From Catillopecten margaritatus gill symbiont (GTDB lineage: Bacteria > Pseudomonadota > Gammaproteobacteria > PS1 > Pseudothioglobaceae), in assembly GCA_037956075.1 (NCBI GenBank), contig CP138327.1:1308296-1372295 (forward strand): a DNA stretch of 64,000 nucleotides. Direction: 5' to 3'. Numbering within the stretch: position 1 is the stretch's first letter; each line of letters starts with the position of its first letter. This document shows positions 16,379 to 26,562 of the stretch, in pieces. A program made the translations under genes and the position numbers. Below the pieces are notes generated by a model. It was not told where the DNA came from. It saw only the letters and a list, made by a program, of their open reading frames with translations, and searched no databases.

Positions 16379-17564
16379 AGTTTTATCAGGAATGAGACCC
16401 ACAGGGCAACTGCACCTTGGGCATTATCATGGTGTTTTGAAGAATTGGTTGGCGTTACAAAATGAGCAAGACTCATACTTTTTTGTAGCAGATTGGCACG
16501 CTTTTACCACGCATTATTCAGACAAAATTGACCTTGCAGGCAATGTGTCAGAAATGGTGGTGGATTGGTTGGCGGCGGGGATTAATCCAAATACTTCGAC
16601 GATTTTTGTGCAATCAAAAGTACCAGAACACGCAGAATTACATTTATTATTATCGATGACCACGCCCCTGTCTTGGTTGGAACGAGTGCCGTCTTACAAA
16701 GACCAGCAAGAAAAACTGAAAACTAAGGACTTGGGTACTTATGGTTTTTTGGGTTATCCGTTATTACAAAGTGCCGATATTTTAATTTATAAAGCAGGTT
16801 TGGTGCCAGTGGGCGAAGACCAAGTGGCACATATTGAACTCACTCGTGAAGTTGCTAGGCGCTTTAATTATGTGTATGGGCGAGAAGCTGATTTTGAAGA
16901 AAAAGCAGAAATAGCCATTACTAGAATGGGTAAAAAGCAAGCCAAATCTTATCGCGCTTTGCGTAAAGCCTATCAAGAAACAGGCGATTTAGAGGCGTTG
17001 GATAAAGCACAGGCTCTACTCAAGGAGCAACAAAATATTACCTTAGGTGATAGAGAAAGATTGTTGGGTTATATTGAAGGTGTGGGTAGAATTATCTTGC
17101 CTGAGCCAGAATCTTTACTCACAAAGGCCTCAAAAATGCCAGGTTTAGATGGGCAAAAAATGAGTAAATCTTACGGCAACACCATTTCTTTGCGCGACAC
17201 GGCAGAAGAGATTGAAACCAAAGTTAAACGCATGCCAACTGACCCAGCCCGAGTGAAATTAACTGACGCAGGCGACCCAAAAAAATGTCCAGTGTGGCAA
17301 CTGCACGAAGTCTATTCCGATGCACAAACTTGTGACTGGGTGAAGGACGGTTGCACTAATGCAAAAATGGGCTGTATCGAATGTAAGCAACCCGTGATTG
17401 ACGCTATTAAAGAAGAATTAACCCCAATGCAAGAACGCATTGCCAAATATCAAGCCGACCCCGAACTCATCAAGCAAATCATCCACGAAGGCTCTGAAAA
17501 AGCCCGTAGTGTTGCCAAAGAAACCATGGCAGAAGTGCGTGAAGCGATGGGGATTACTTACTAA
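16368..17564 (+). CDS. trpS: tryptophan--tRNA ligase
   Basis: HLGHYHG (HIGH) and KMSKS motifs. 398 aa with an internal insertion. Confidence 0.95.
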   Translation: MNNRVLSGMRPTGQLHLGHYHGVLKNWLALQNEQDSYFFVADWHAFTTHYSDKIDLAGNVSEMVVDWLAAGINPNTSTIFVQSKVPEHAELHLLLSMTTPLSWLERVPSYKDQQEKLKTKDLGTYGFLGYPLLQSADILIYKAGLVPVGEDQVAHIELTREVARRFNYVYGREADFEEKAEIAITRMGKKQAKSYRALRKAYQETGDLEALDKAQALLKEQQNITLGDRERLLGYIEGVGRIILPEPESLLTKASKMPGLDGQKMSKSYGNTISLRDTAEEIETKVKRMPTDPARVKLTDAGDPKKCPVWQLHEVYSDAQTCDWVKDGCTNAKMGCIECKQPVIDAIKEELTPMQERIAKYQADPELIKQIIHEGSEKARSVAKETMAEVREAMGITY

Positions 17565-17635
17565 TTAAAAGTTAGTTGTGTTATAATGCTTACATAATAA
17601 ACAGGAGAATAGTATGAAACCACAAGAAGGATCAA

Positions 17636-18106
17636 ATGGACTTGAGTAATCAAGAAATTTTTCAAATTATACAAACAGCCACTTTAATAGTGGCTGTTTT
17701 CGTTGCATGGTGTTCAATCAATAAACAAAGGGATACCACCAAAAAAGACAAAACTATCTCTTTATTAATGAAGGACTTAGAAGATGATTTTTTAAAAAGT
17801 GGTATGCAAACCTTATTAAAAGTTCATAATAATGAAGATGACGATGTAGCAATTTATGCTAATTCTGCCCATAAGAATGATGAGAATGCTATCGCCATTA
17901 GAAATTTGTTAAATTATTATGAAAATATTTCTGTTGGTGTAGGCAGTAACATTTATGATGTTGAAATGATCAAAAAATCGCAAAAAACTATGATTTTGTC
18001 AATTTACAAGCAATCCAAGCCTTTTATTACACGCCTTAGAGAACAAAATAAGAATCCCAATCTTTATATTGAATTCGAACGATTTGTTGAGATTCTTAAT
18101 GGATAG
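17636..18106 (+). CDS. hypothetical membrane-anchored protein, DUF4760-like
   Basis: 156 aa. N-terminal TM helix. LLNYYENISVGVGSNIYDVEMI ... YIEFERFVEIL recalls DUF4760 (from memory). ATGGATAG overlap with the rluB start. Confidence 0.45.
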   Translation: MDLSNQEIFQIIQTATLIVAVFVAWCSINKQRDTTKKDKTISLLMKDLEDDFLKSGMQTLLKVHNNEDDDVAIYANSAHKNDENAIAIRNLLNYYENISVGVGSNIYDVEMIKKSQKTMILSIYKQSKPFITRLREQNKNPNLYIEFERFVEILNG

Positions 18107-18836
18107 ACTACAAAAACTCATCGCTACAGCAGGATACGGCTCTCGTCGTTGGGCAGAGCGCTTGATTGAGCAAGGGCGTATCGAGGTTAACAATAAAACG
18201 GCAAGCATTGGCGACAAGGCCGAGATAACCGATACGGTTAAAATTGATGGGCGGAAAATTGACTTAGGGCGTTATAAGGAAGAAGAAACTAAGGTGTTGA
18301 TTTTGAATAAACAGGCGGGTGTTATTTGCTCTAACAAGGATGAAGAAGGGCGTAAAAGTGTTTATGAATTATTGCCAAAAGAGTCTCGCTGGGTGATGGT
18401 TGGGCGTTTGGATTTGAATACATCGGGCTTATTGCTGTTTACCAATAATGGCGATTTAGCCAATAAATTAATGCACCCGAGCTCTGAAATTGATAGAGAA
18501 TATGCAGTTCGTGTACTTGGACAAGTAGAAAATGAAGACTTGAAACAACTCACAACTGGCGTTAAATTAGAAGATGGTTTCGCTAAATTTTCTCGTGTTA
18601 CCGCTGGCGGTGGAACAGGTGCAAATAGTTGGTACAAGGTAGTCCTCAGAGAAGGTCGCAAACGAGAAGTGCGTCGTTTATGGGAGGCATTAGGCTTTAA
18701 AGTCTCACGCTTAATCCGCATTCGTTTCGGTGAAATCCGCCTACCAGACAAACTCAAAGCCAATCAGTACGAATACCTAAAACCTGGACAAGTGAAATTA
18801 CTATTAGACGCCACTCAAAAGCGTAACCCCATGTAA
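18099..18836 (+). CDS. rluB: 23S rRNA pseudouridine2605 synthase
   Basis: MDRLQKLIATAGYGSRRWAE (S4 domain) and GRLDLNTSGLLLFTN. Stop codon lies inside a partial REP (ATGTAAGAAG). Confidence 0.9.
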   Translation: MDRLQKLIATAGYGSRRWAERLIEQGRIEVNNKTASIGDKAEITDTVKIDGRKIDLGRYKEEETKVLILNKQAGVICSNKDEEGRKSVYELLPKESRWVMVGRLDLNTSGLLLFTNNGDLANKLMHPSSEIDREYAVRVLGQVENEDLKQLTTGVKLEDGFAKFSRVTAGGGTGANSWYKVVLREGRKREVRRLWEALGFKVSRLIRIRFGEIRLPDKLKANQYEYLKPGQVKLLLDATQKRNPM

Positions 18837-18840
18837 GAAG

Positions 18841-18863
18841 TGTAAGAGGTTCAACCTCTTACA
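18841..18863. repeat. REP palindrome (central C)
   Basis: TGTAAGAGGTTCAACCTCTTACA, preceded by the half-copy TGTAAGAAG. Confidence 0.9.
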
Positions 18864-19008
18864 AAGAAAGATGCAAATGAGAAGTGTTCCACTCGTGGGA
18901 GGCATTAAGCTTCAAAGTCTCACGCTTAATTCACATTCGTTTCGGTGAAATATACCCACCGGACAAACCCAAAGTCAATCAATACGAACACCTAAAAACC
19001 CCAGTTCT
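18864..19008 (+). pseudogene. diverged fossil duplicate of the rluB 3' end
   Basis: Collinear with 18649-18786. For example GGGAGGCATTAAGCTTCAAAGTCTCACGCTTAATTCACATTCGTTTCGGTGAAAT versus GGGAGGCATTAGGCTTTAAAGTCTCACGCTTAATCCGCATTCGTTTCGGTGAAAT. Contains CGA->TGA. Confidence 0.75.
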
Positions 19009-19031
19009 TTGTAAGAGGTTGAACCTCTTAC
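19009..19031. repeat. REP palindrome (central G, inverted)
   Basis: TGTAAGAGGTTGAACCTCTTACA. Confidence 0.9.
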
Positions 19032-19128
19032 AACCTCTTGCAAATTGGTGAAAGGTGTCGTTTGATTTGGAGGGTTAAATTGAAGTGGTATCAAGTATAA
19101 TAACGCTTTTAGTATTTTTTAAGTATTT

Positions 19129-21894
19129 ATGTCTGACTATAAATCCACTTTGAATTTGCCAGCAACTTCATTTGCAATGAAGGCAAATCTCGCTAATCGT
19201 GAGCCAAGCTTCCTAAAACAATGGCAAGATGATAATCTTTATGCACGCATTCGTGAGAAAAATAAAGGCAAGCCACAGTTCATTTTGCACGATGGACCGC
19301 CGTATGCGAATGGTGATATTCACATTGGGCATGCGGTTAACAAGGTACTGAAAGATATGATTATTAAGTCTAAATCCTTGTCGGGTTTTGATGCGCCGTA
19401 TGTGCCGGGTTGGGATTGTCATGGTTTGCCGATTGAGTTAAATGTTGAGAAGAAAAAAGGCAAAGTTGGGCATAAAATTGATGCCAATGCATTCAGAGCC
19501 GAGTGTCGTAAATATGCCGATACGCAAGTTGAAAAGCAGAGACAAGATTTCAAACGCTTGGGTATTTTGGGCGATTGGGACAATCCTTATTTGACCAAAA
19601 ATTTTGGTTATGAAGCGAATATTGTTCGTGCTTTGAGCAAGATGGTTGAGAATAATCATGTTTCAAAGGGTTACAAACCTGTGCATTGGTGTACTGAGTG
19701 TGGCTCAGCATTGGCAGAGGCGGAAGTAGAGTATAAAGACAAACAATCCGATGCGATTGATGTTAAATTTACCTTTGTCGATAATGCCGTATTTGGCGTT
19801 GATAAGCCAGTTTCTGTGGTTATTTGGACGACGACACCGTGGACATTGCCTGCGAATGAAGCGGTTGCTTTGCATCCAGAACTGGCGTATGTTTTGGCAG
19901 AAGTAGGCGATGAATATTTACTCCTCACGCAAGCACTTGCGGAAAATGCACTGAGTCGTTATGGCGTTGAAGGCAGTATTGGCAATAAGTCGTTTACAGG
20001 TAGTGAACTTGAAGGGTTAAAAGTGCAACACCCATTTTATGATAAACAAGTACCTGTGATTTTAGGCGATCATGTAACGACTGACGCTGGCACAGGCGCT
20101 GTCCACACTGCCCCTGCACATGGACAGGAAGATTTTGCCGTGGGGTTGAAATATGGCTTGCCAGTTGAGTGCCCTGTTGATGGGCGAGGCGTATTTTTTG
20201 AAGACACAGAGCTCTTGGCAGGACAATTTATTTTTAAAGCGAATGCCAGTGTGATTGAAATTTTAGAGCAAAAAGGTACACTGGTAAAGCACGAACCTTT
20301 AACTCATTCTTATCCACATTGCTGGCGTCATAAAACGCCGGTGATTTTCCGTGCAACCCCACAATGGTTTGTGTCAATGACGCAAAATGGCTTGCGTGAT
20401 GCGGTGAATGTTGAAATTCCTAAAGTCGATTGGATTCCAGATTGGGGTAAAAAACGCATTGAATTAATGGTTGGCAATCGCCCCGATTGGTGTATTTCTC
20501 GCCAGCGATTCTGGGGCGTACCGATTACGATGTTCGTGCATAAACAAACAGGCGAATTACACCCAAACACGCAAGGATTATTCGCACAAGTTGCAGATAA
20601 GATTGAGCAGGGTGGCATTGAAGCTTGGTTTGAATCTGATATTGCTGATTTCTTAGGCGATGATGCGGAAAACTACGATAAAACCACTGACACTTTAGAT
20701 GTTTGGTTTGATTCTGGCGTCTCACATTATGCTGTTTTAAAAGCCAGATCAGGTTTAGCGGATGTGGCTGATTTGTATTTAGAAGGCTCTGATCAGCATC
20801 GTGGTTGGTTCCAGTCTTCACTGCTTTCATCGGTGGCAATTAATGGCAAAGCCCCATACAGACAAGTTCTGACACACGGTTTTGTGGTTGATAAAGACGG
20901 CAGGAAAATGTCTAAATCACTCGGCAATGTGATGCTTCCACAAAAAGTGGTTAACAATCTCGGTGCCGATATTTTGCGTCTATGGATTGCTGGCACTGAT
21001 TACACGGGCGAGATGACGGTGAGCGATGAAATTTTGAAGCGCTCAGCGGACAGTTACCGTCGCATTAGAAATACCCTGCGCTTTATGATGTCGAACATGC
21101 AAGGTTTTGAAGCATCTGAGCACTTGGTTGGTAGTGATAAAATGTTGGATTTAGACAAGTGGATTGTTTCAAAAACAGCAGATTTGCAAGCGCAAATTTT
21201 AACTGCTTATGAACACTATAATTTCCACAATGCAATGCAATTAATTCTAAATTTCTGCACCAATGATTTGGGTGGTTTCTACTTAGACATTATCAAGGAC
21301 AGGCAATACACCACGCAAGAAAATTCGATTGCCCGCCGTTCTGCACAAACTGCCCTACACCATATGACACAAGCGATGGTTCGTTGGTTGGCACCTATTT
21401 TATCTTTTACCGCAGAAGAGATTTGGCAGACGATTGAGCCGAACAGCGATAGCATTTTCTTGCAAGAATGGTATGCAGAATTCAGTGCAGATTATAGCAA
21501 CGAAGCAATTGATGTCGCACGCACCATTAACCCATTCGTGCGTAAGCAAATGGAAGAAATGCGTAACATTAAAGCCATCGGCTCATCTTTAGATGCCGAA
21601 GTGGATATTTATTGTGACGAAGTAACTTATCAAGCCCTGGCAAAGTTAGGCGATGAGTTGCGCTTTGTTTTCATCACTTCTTATGCCAGAATTCATCCGC
21701 TGAGTGACAAGACAGATGATTGTGTCAAAGCAGATGAAAACACCTTCATCAAAGTAACGCAATCCACACATGAAAAATGCGTGCGTTGTTGGCATCATCG
21801 TGAAGACATTGGTAAGAACAGCGAGCACCCAGAACTTTGTGGGCGTTGCGTAGAAAATGTAGCAGGTGGTGGTGAGATAAGGAAGTTTGCTTAA
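19129..21894 (+). CDS. ileS: isoleucine--tRNA ligase
   Basis: 921 aa. HIGH ([11 protein letters not shown]) and KMSKS motifs. C-terminal Zn-finger CVRCWHH...CGRC. Confidence 0.97.
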   Translation: MSDYKSTLNLPATSFAMKANLANREPSFLKQWQDDNLYARIREKNKGKPQFILHDGPPYANGDIHIGHAVNKVLKDMIIKSKSLSGFDAPYVPGWDCHGLPIELNVEKKKGKVGHKIDANAFRAECRKYADTQVEKQRQDFKRLGILGDWDNPYLTKNFGYEANIVRALSKMVENNHVSKGYKPVHWCTECGSALAEAEVEYKDKQSDAIDVKFTFVDNAVFGVDKPVSVVIWTTTPWTLPANEAVALHPELAYVLAEVGDEYLLLTQALAENALSRYGVEGSIGNKSFTGSELEGLKVQHPFYDKQVPVILGDHVTTDAGTGAVHTAPAHGQEDFAVGLKYGLPVECPVDGRGVFFEDTELLAGQFIFKANASVIEILEQKGTLVKHEPLTHSYPHCWRHKTPVIFRATPQWFVSMTQNGLRDAVNVEIPKVDWIPDWGKKRIELMVGNRPDWCISRQRFWGVPITMFVHKQTGELHPNTQGLFAQVADKIEQGGIEAWFESDIADFLGDDAENYDKTTDTLDVWFDSGVSHYAVLKARSGLADVADLYLEGSDQHRGWFQSSLLSSVAINGKAPYRQVLTHGFVVDKDGRKMSKSLGNVMLPQKVVNNLGADILRLWIAGTDYTGEMTVSDEILKRSADSYRRIRNTLRFMMSNMQGFEASEHLVGSDKMLDLDKWIVSKTADLQAQILTAYEHYNFHNAMQLILNFCTNDLGGFYLDIIKDRQYTTQENSIARRSAQTALHHMTQAMVRWLAPILSFTAEEIWQTIEPNSDSIFLQEWYAEFSADYSNEAIDVARTINPFVRKQMEEMRNIKAIGSSLDAEVDIYCDEVTYQALAKLGDELRFVFITSYARIHPLSDKTDDCVKADENTFIKVTQSTHEKCVRCWHHREDIGKNSEHPELCGRCVENVAGGGEIRKFA

Positions 21895-22616
21895 TGTCTA
21901 AAACCCAAGAAATAGCCGTATTAGAGACAAAAATCAATATCAAATATATTGATAATGTTGAATATATATCGCTGACCGATATGGTGCGTAATATTGAAAA
22001 TGGCGTATCTTTGATAGAAAAATGGTTAAGAAATAAAAATACTATTGAGTTTTTGGGCATTTGGGAAAGTGTGCATAATTCAGATTTTAATTCCCCCGAA
22101 TTCGAGGGAATTAGAAATCAAGCAGGGTTGAATCGTTTTATTTTGTCAGTAAAGCAATGGAATGAAAAAACCAACTCTATTGGCGTTGTTGCAAAAGCAG
22201 GCAGATATGGCGGCACTTATGCACATAAAGATATTGCTTTTGAATTTGCTTCTTGGGTGTCACCAAAATTTAAAATCTACCTCATTAAAGAATTTCAACG
22301 CCTAAAAGACCAAGAACTCAAGCAACTAGACTGGAATATTAAACGCAATTTGTCAAAAATAAACTATCAAATTCACACTGATGCGATTAAAAACAACTTA
22401 ATTCCTGAGCAACTTAATCAACAACAAATTAGTTATATTTATGCCAATGAAGCGGATATTCTAAATACTGCTTTATTTGGACAAACCGCCAAACAATGGC
22501 GTAGTAAAAATCCTAAAAAAGAAGGTAATATTCGTGATTATGCTGATATTTCTCAACTTATTTACCCCAATCTAGGCGTATTGAAAAACTCAACAAAACC
22601 GCTATTACTCAAATGA
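21894..22616 (+). CDS. KilA-N domain protein, probably frameshifted near the 3' end
   Basis: ISLTDMVRNIENG...IEKWLRNKNTIEFLGIWE...GTYAHKDIAFEFASWVSP. An alternative frame from 22547 reads ...RRIEKLNKTAITQMKIL... and ends in an ATGA overlap with aroB. Confidence 0.65.
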   Translation: MSKTQEIAVLETKINIKYIDNVEYISLTDMVRNIENGVSLIEKWLRNKNTIEFLGIWESVHNSDFNSPEFEGIRNQAGLNRFILSVKQWNEKTNSIGVVAKAGRYGGTYAHKDIAFEFASWVSPKFKIYLIKEFQRLKDQELKQLDWNIKRNLSKINYQIHTDAIKNNLIPEQLNQQQISYIYANEADILNTALFGQTAKQWRSKNPKKEGNIRDYADISQLIYPNLGVLKNSTKPLLLK

Positions 22617-22647
22617 AAATTCTTACCAACAACAAATTAAACCCCTC

Positions 22648-23724
22648 ATGAAAATCTTGCATCTCGATTTAGGCACAAAATCTTACCCGATTTATATCGG
22701 GCAAGAGTTATTGTCGCAATCTGATTATTTAACCAAACACATTGGTGGCAAGCAAATAATGATTGTCAGTAACATCACAGTCGCACCCCTTTATTTGGAT
22801 AAAGTTAAGTCACTATTAAACGATTACACCGTTGCAGAAGTCATCCTGCCCGACGGTGAAGAATACAAAACCTTAGACACCGTTAACCAAATTTTTACCG
22901 CACTTTTAGAAGCGCGTTTTGACCGCTCTTGTACTTTAATCGCCTTAGGCGGCGGTGTGGTTGGTGATATGACGGGTTATGCAGCGGCAAGTTATCAACG
23001 CGGGGTGAATTTTATCCAAATCCCAACCACTTTATTATCACAAGTAGATTCCAGCGTGGGCGGTAAAACAGGCGTTAATCACCCACTCGGTAAGAATATG
23101 ATTGGTGCTTTTTATCAGCCAAAATGCGTGGTGATTGATGTTGATACTTTAGATACTTTAGACGACCAGCAATATTCAGCAGGGATGGCAGAAGTGATTA
23201 AATACGGCTTATTAGGCAACGCAGATTTCCTTGCGTATTTACAAAAAAACATTGACGATTTAATGGCACGAGATAAGGCATTAATCACCGAAACTGTGTA
23301 TCAATCGTGCGTAGATAAAGCCGATATTGTTGCTCAAGATGAATTAGAATCAGGTAAACGCGCTTTGCTTAATTTTGGGCATACTTTTGGGCATGCGATT
23401 GAAAATACTCTAGGCTATGGCGTGTATTTGCACGGAGAAGCTGTTGCAGTAGGGATGTTAATGGCAGCCCAGTTATCAGAAGCAGAAGGTTTTATCAATA
23501 ATGATGACACAAAACAGGTTAAAGAATTATTACAAAAAGCCAATCTACCCACAACTATCAACAGTAAAATAGACTATCAGAATTTTACAGATGCGATGAG
23601 CGTTGATAAAAAAGCGATTAACGGCGAAGTGCGTTTAATTTTAATGAAAAAATTAGGGCAAGCTTTTATAAGCAACAATTATCAACCACGCAATTTAGAG
23701 CAAACAATTAAGGATTTCTTATGA
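22648..23724 (+). CDS. aroB: 3-dehydroquinate synthase
   Basis: 358 aa. GGGVVGDMTGYAAA, VDSSVGGKTG and NFGHTFGHAIE motifs. Confidence 0.95.
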   Translation: MKILHLDLGTKSYPIYIGQELLSQSDYLTKHIGGKQIMIVSNITVAPLYLDKVKSLLNDYTVAEVILPDGEEYKTLDTVNQIFTALLEARFDRSCTLIALGGGVVGDMTGYAAASYQRGVNFIQIPTTLLSQVDSSVGGKTGVNHPLGKNMIGAFYQPKCVVIDVDTLDTLDDQQYSAGMAEVIKYGLLGNADFLAYLQKNIDDLMARDKALITETVYQSCVDKADIVAQDELESGKRALLNFGHTFGHAIENTLGYGVYLHGEAVAVGMLMAAQLSEAEGFINNDDTKQVKELLQKANLPTTINSKIDYQNFTDAMSVDKKAINGEVRLILMKKLGQAFISNNYQPRNLEQTIKDFL

Positions 23725-24317
23725 GTAATAAAGATATTGAAAAGGAAGCAATACACGAAGATGATGTAATGATTACCACCAAAATGTCTGACCTAGAGAA
23801 GATGTTAGAAAGTGTGGAATCACATGCAGACAAACGCACGGATACTAAATTTGAACGCTTTTTTATGCCAGCATTAGTAGTTTTTGGGTTGTTAGCAGCT
23901 GGTGGTTTCTTTATTATTTATTCCATCACCCAAGATATGACAAGATTGGCAAAATCGATGGACCCGCAAATGGGCAGCAATATGACCTCAATGGTAACCA
24001 GTATTGATAGCGTTGCAAAAAGCGTTTCGCAAATGAACCTCTCTGTTGCCAGTATGCGTAACGATATGCACAGTATGAATAAAAATATGGCAGGCATTAC
24101 CCACAAACTTAATCGTTTGGATGATATTTCTCAGGATATGTCGCAAATTAACACCAAGATGAGCACACTAAAACCGATGCTTGCGAATATGCAAGAGATG
24201 AACAACAATATGATTGGCATGCAAAAATCAATGTTGTGGATGCAAAAAGATATTGCACAATTACGCTCTTCATTTTCCAAGCCGATGCGTTTATTTAATA
24301 CCGTTCCCTTTTTATAA
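23721..24317 (+). CDS. hypothetical Met-rich membrane-anchored coiled-coil protein
   Basis: 198 aa. One TM helix (FFMPALVVFGLLAAGGFFIIY), then repetitive M/N/S-rich heptad-like sequence. ATGA overlap with aroB. Confidence 0.5.
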   Translation: MSNKDIEKEAIHEDDVMITTKMSDLEKMLESVESHADKRTDTKFERFFMPALVVFGLLAAGGFFIIYSITQDMTRLAKSMDPQMGSNMTSMVTSIDSVAKSVSQMNLSVASMRNDMHSMNKNMAGITHKLNRLDDISQDMSQINTKMSTLKPMLANMQEMNNNMIGMQKSMLWMQKDIAQLRSSFSKPMRLFNTVPFL

Positions 24318-24322
24318 GCACC

Positions 24323-24607
24323 ATGATTGACAACGCCCAAGTTAAGCAAGTTGCCTACTTATCTAAATTAGGCATCAAGGGCGATGAGTTGGATAAAACC
24401 ACGCAAGAACTCAATAATATTTTAACGCTTGCAGGACAACTTTCTGAGATTAACACCGACGACATTACCCCAATGGCGCACCCTTTGCATATGGCCCAAC
24501 GCCTGAGAGAAGACAAAGTAACAGAACAAGACAATTCAGCCGCCTTTCAAGCAATTGCCCCTAAAACAGACAATAGACATTACCTCGTCCCAACTGTGAT
24601 TGAATAA
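24323..24607 (+). CDS. gatC: Asp/Glu-tRNA amidotransferase subunit C
   Basis: 94 aa, immediately upstream of gatA. Confidence 0.85.
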   Translation: MIDNAQVKQVAYLSKLGIKGDELDKTTQELNNILTLAGQLSEINTDDITPMAHPLHMAQRLREDKVTEQDNSAAFQAIAPKTDNRHYLVPTVIE

Positions 24608-24608
24608 T

Positions 24609-26048
24609 ATGCACAACAAAACGATTGCACAATTAGCACAAGGCTTAAAAGACAAAGAATTTTCCTCTGTCGAACTAACCCAACATTATTTAGAGCGCAT
24701 CAACGCCTCAAAACTCAACGCTTTCATCACCGTTACTGACGAAGTAGCAATGAACCAAGCGCAAGCCGCCGATGACAAAATTGCTAAAGGCAAATCGGGC
24801 ATATTAACGGGCATTCCTTACGCACACAAAGACATCTTTTGCACCAACGGAATAAAAACTTCCGCTGGCTCTAAAATGTTAGACAATTTCGTCGCCCCAT
24901 ACGATGCCACCGTCAGCCACAAACTCAATCAAGCCAATATGGTAATGCTCGGCAAAGCCAATATGGATGAATTTGCGATGGGCTCCAGCACAGAAAATTC
25001 TTATTATGGTGCTACGCTAAACCCATGGGGGGATAATAAAATACCAGGTGGCTCATCAGGTGGCTCTGCTGCAGCCGTTGCAGGCGGACTCGCCCCATTT
25101 GCCACAGGCACAGACACAGGTGGCTCTATCCGCCAACCCTCCAGTGTTTGCGGCATCACAGGTCTAAAACCCACTTACGGACGCATTTCTCGTTACGGTA
25201 TGATTGCCTATGCATCCAGTCTTGACCAAGCAGGTCCAATGGCAAAAACCGCCGAAGATGCCGCTTTGACTTTAAATGCCATGGCAGGTTTTGACGAAAA
25301 AGATTCCACCAGTGCAGAGCGCAATGTTGAAGATTACACAGAAAATCTAAACAACTCAATCAAAGGCCTAACCATCGGTTTACCCAAAGAATTTTTCTCA
25401 GACGGCTTAGACGACGGTGTTGCCAGCGAAGTTATGGCAGCTGTCAAAGAATTTGAAGCCATGGGTGCAACCGTTAAAGAAATTTCCCTACCCAATTCAG
25501 CCTACGCCATCCCTACTTATTACATCGTTGCCCCGTGCGAATGCTCATCTAACCTGTCCAGAATGGACGGCGTGCGTTTCGGCCACCGTTGCGACAATCC
25601 AAAAGATTTGGAAGATTTATATGTCCGCTCTCGCACCGAAGGCTTCGGCGAAGAAGTCAAACGCCGCATTATGATTGGCGCCTACGCCCTATCCGCAGGC
25701 TATTACGACGCCTACTACCTCAAAGCACAAAAAATCAGACACCTAATCAGCGACGATTTCAAAAAAGCCTTCGAAGGCGTCGATGTCATCATGGGCCCCG
25801 TCTCCCCAACCACCGCATGGGATTTAGGCGCAATCAAAGACCCAGTGGCAATGTATTTAGCAGACATTTATACCTTGAGCGCCAACCTTGCTGGCTTACC
25901 AGCAATGAGCATCCCCGCAGGTTTCTCCGACAAAATGCCCGTCGGCTTGCAACTCATTGGCAATTATTGGTCTGAATCAAAGTTGCTGAACATCGCCCAC
26001 CAGTTTCAGCAACAAACTGACCATCATAATCAAGCGCCAGAGGAATAG
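24609..26048 (+). CDS. gatA: Asp/Glu-tRNA amidotransferase subunit A
   Basis: Amidase signature [12 protein letters not shown]...[15 protein letters not shown] 24609 preferred over the TTG at 24600. Confidence 0.95.
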   Translation: MHNKTIAQLAQGLKDKEFSSVELTQHYLERINASKLNAFITVTDEVAMNQAQAADDKIAKGKSGILTGIPYAHKDIFCTNGIKTSAGSKMLDNFVAPYDATVSHKLNQANMVMLGKANMDEFAMGSSTENSYYGATLNPWGDNKIPGGSSGGSAAAVAGGLAPFATGTDTGGSIRQPSSVCGITGLKPTYGRISRYGMIAYASSLDQAGPMAKTAEDAALTLNAMAGFDEKDSTSAERNVEDYTENLNNSIKGLTIGLPKEFFSDGLDDGVASEVMAAVKEFEAMGATVKEISLPNSAYAIPTYYIVAPCECSSNLSRMDGVRFGHRCDNPKDLEDLYVRSRTEGFGEEVKRRIMIGAYALSAGYYDAYYLKAQKIRHLISDDFKKAFEGVDVIMGPVSPTTAWDLGAIKDPVAMYLADIYTLSANLAGLPAMSIPAGFSDKMPVGLQLIGNYWSESKLLNIAHQFQQQTDHHNQAPEE

Positions 26049-26050
26049 CA

Positions 26051-26317
26051 ATGCCAACTATTTCAATGTTTTATGGAATTTTTATTCGTATGTATTACGC
26101 ACCAGGAGAGCATCCACCAGCACATTTCCATGCTTATTATGCAGAATATAAAGCAACCGTTAATATTGAAACTTGTGAGATAATAGACAGTAATTTACCC
26201 AATAAACAAAGAAAAATAATATTGGCTTGGGCAGAAATTCATCAAGAAGAACTCGGTAAAAATTGGGCATTAGTGATGAATGGAAAACCGCCTTTTGAAA
26301 TTACACCTTTACAATAA
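26051..26317 (+). CDS. DUF4160 family protein
   Basis: MPTISMFYGIFIRMYYAPGEHPPAHFHAYY... is the characteristic DUF4160 N-terminus. Confidence 0.75.
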   Translation: MPTISMFYGIFIRMYYAPGEHPPAHFHAYYAEYKATVNIETCEIIDSNLPNKQRKIILAWAEIHQEELGKNWALVMNGKPPFEITPLQ

Positions 26318-26322
26318 AAATT

Positions 26323-26559
26323 ATGAATATTGCTATTAAAAGTGTTGAAGCGTTAGATGATTACCAACTTAATGTTGTCTTTAATAATGATGAACAAGGG
26401 ATTTTAGATATGAAACCTTATTTAGATTTTGGTGTGTTCAAACGCATCAAAAACACAGCTATTTTTAACAGTGTTTGTGTTGCATTTGACACTATAGAGT
26501 GGGACAAGGAAATTGACCTTGACCCTGAATTTGTTTATCAGAAAACATTTAAAAATTAA
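26323..26559 (+). CDS. DUF2442 family protein
   Basis: 78 aa. ...LNVVFNNDEQGILDMKPYL...TIEWDKEIDLDPEFVY fits DUF2442. Usual partner of DUF4160. Confidence 0.7.
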   Translation: MNIAIKSVEALDDYQLNVVFNNDEQGILDMKPYLDFGVFKRIKNTAIFNSVCVAFDTIEWDKEIDLDPEFVYQKTFKN

Positions 26560-26562
26560 ATT

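Noticed and set aside
25417-25975. Arg-rich 128-aa and 85-aa alternative-frame ORFs inside gatA
   Set aside because: They are nested in the gatA frame, which carries the amidase signature. There is no independent support.
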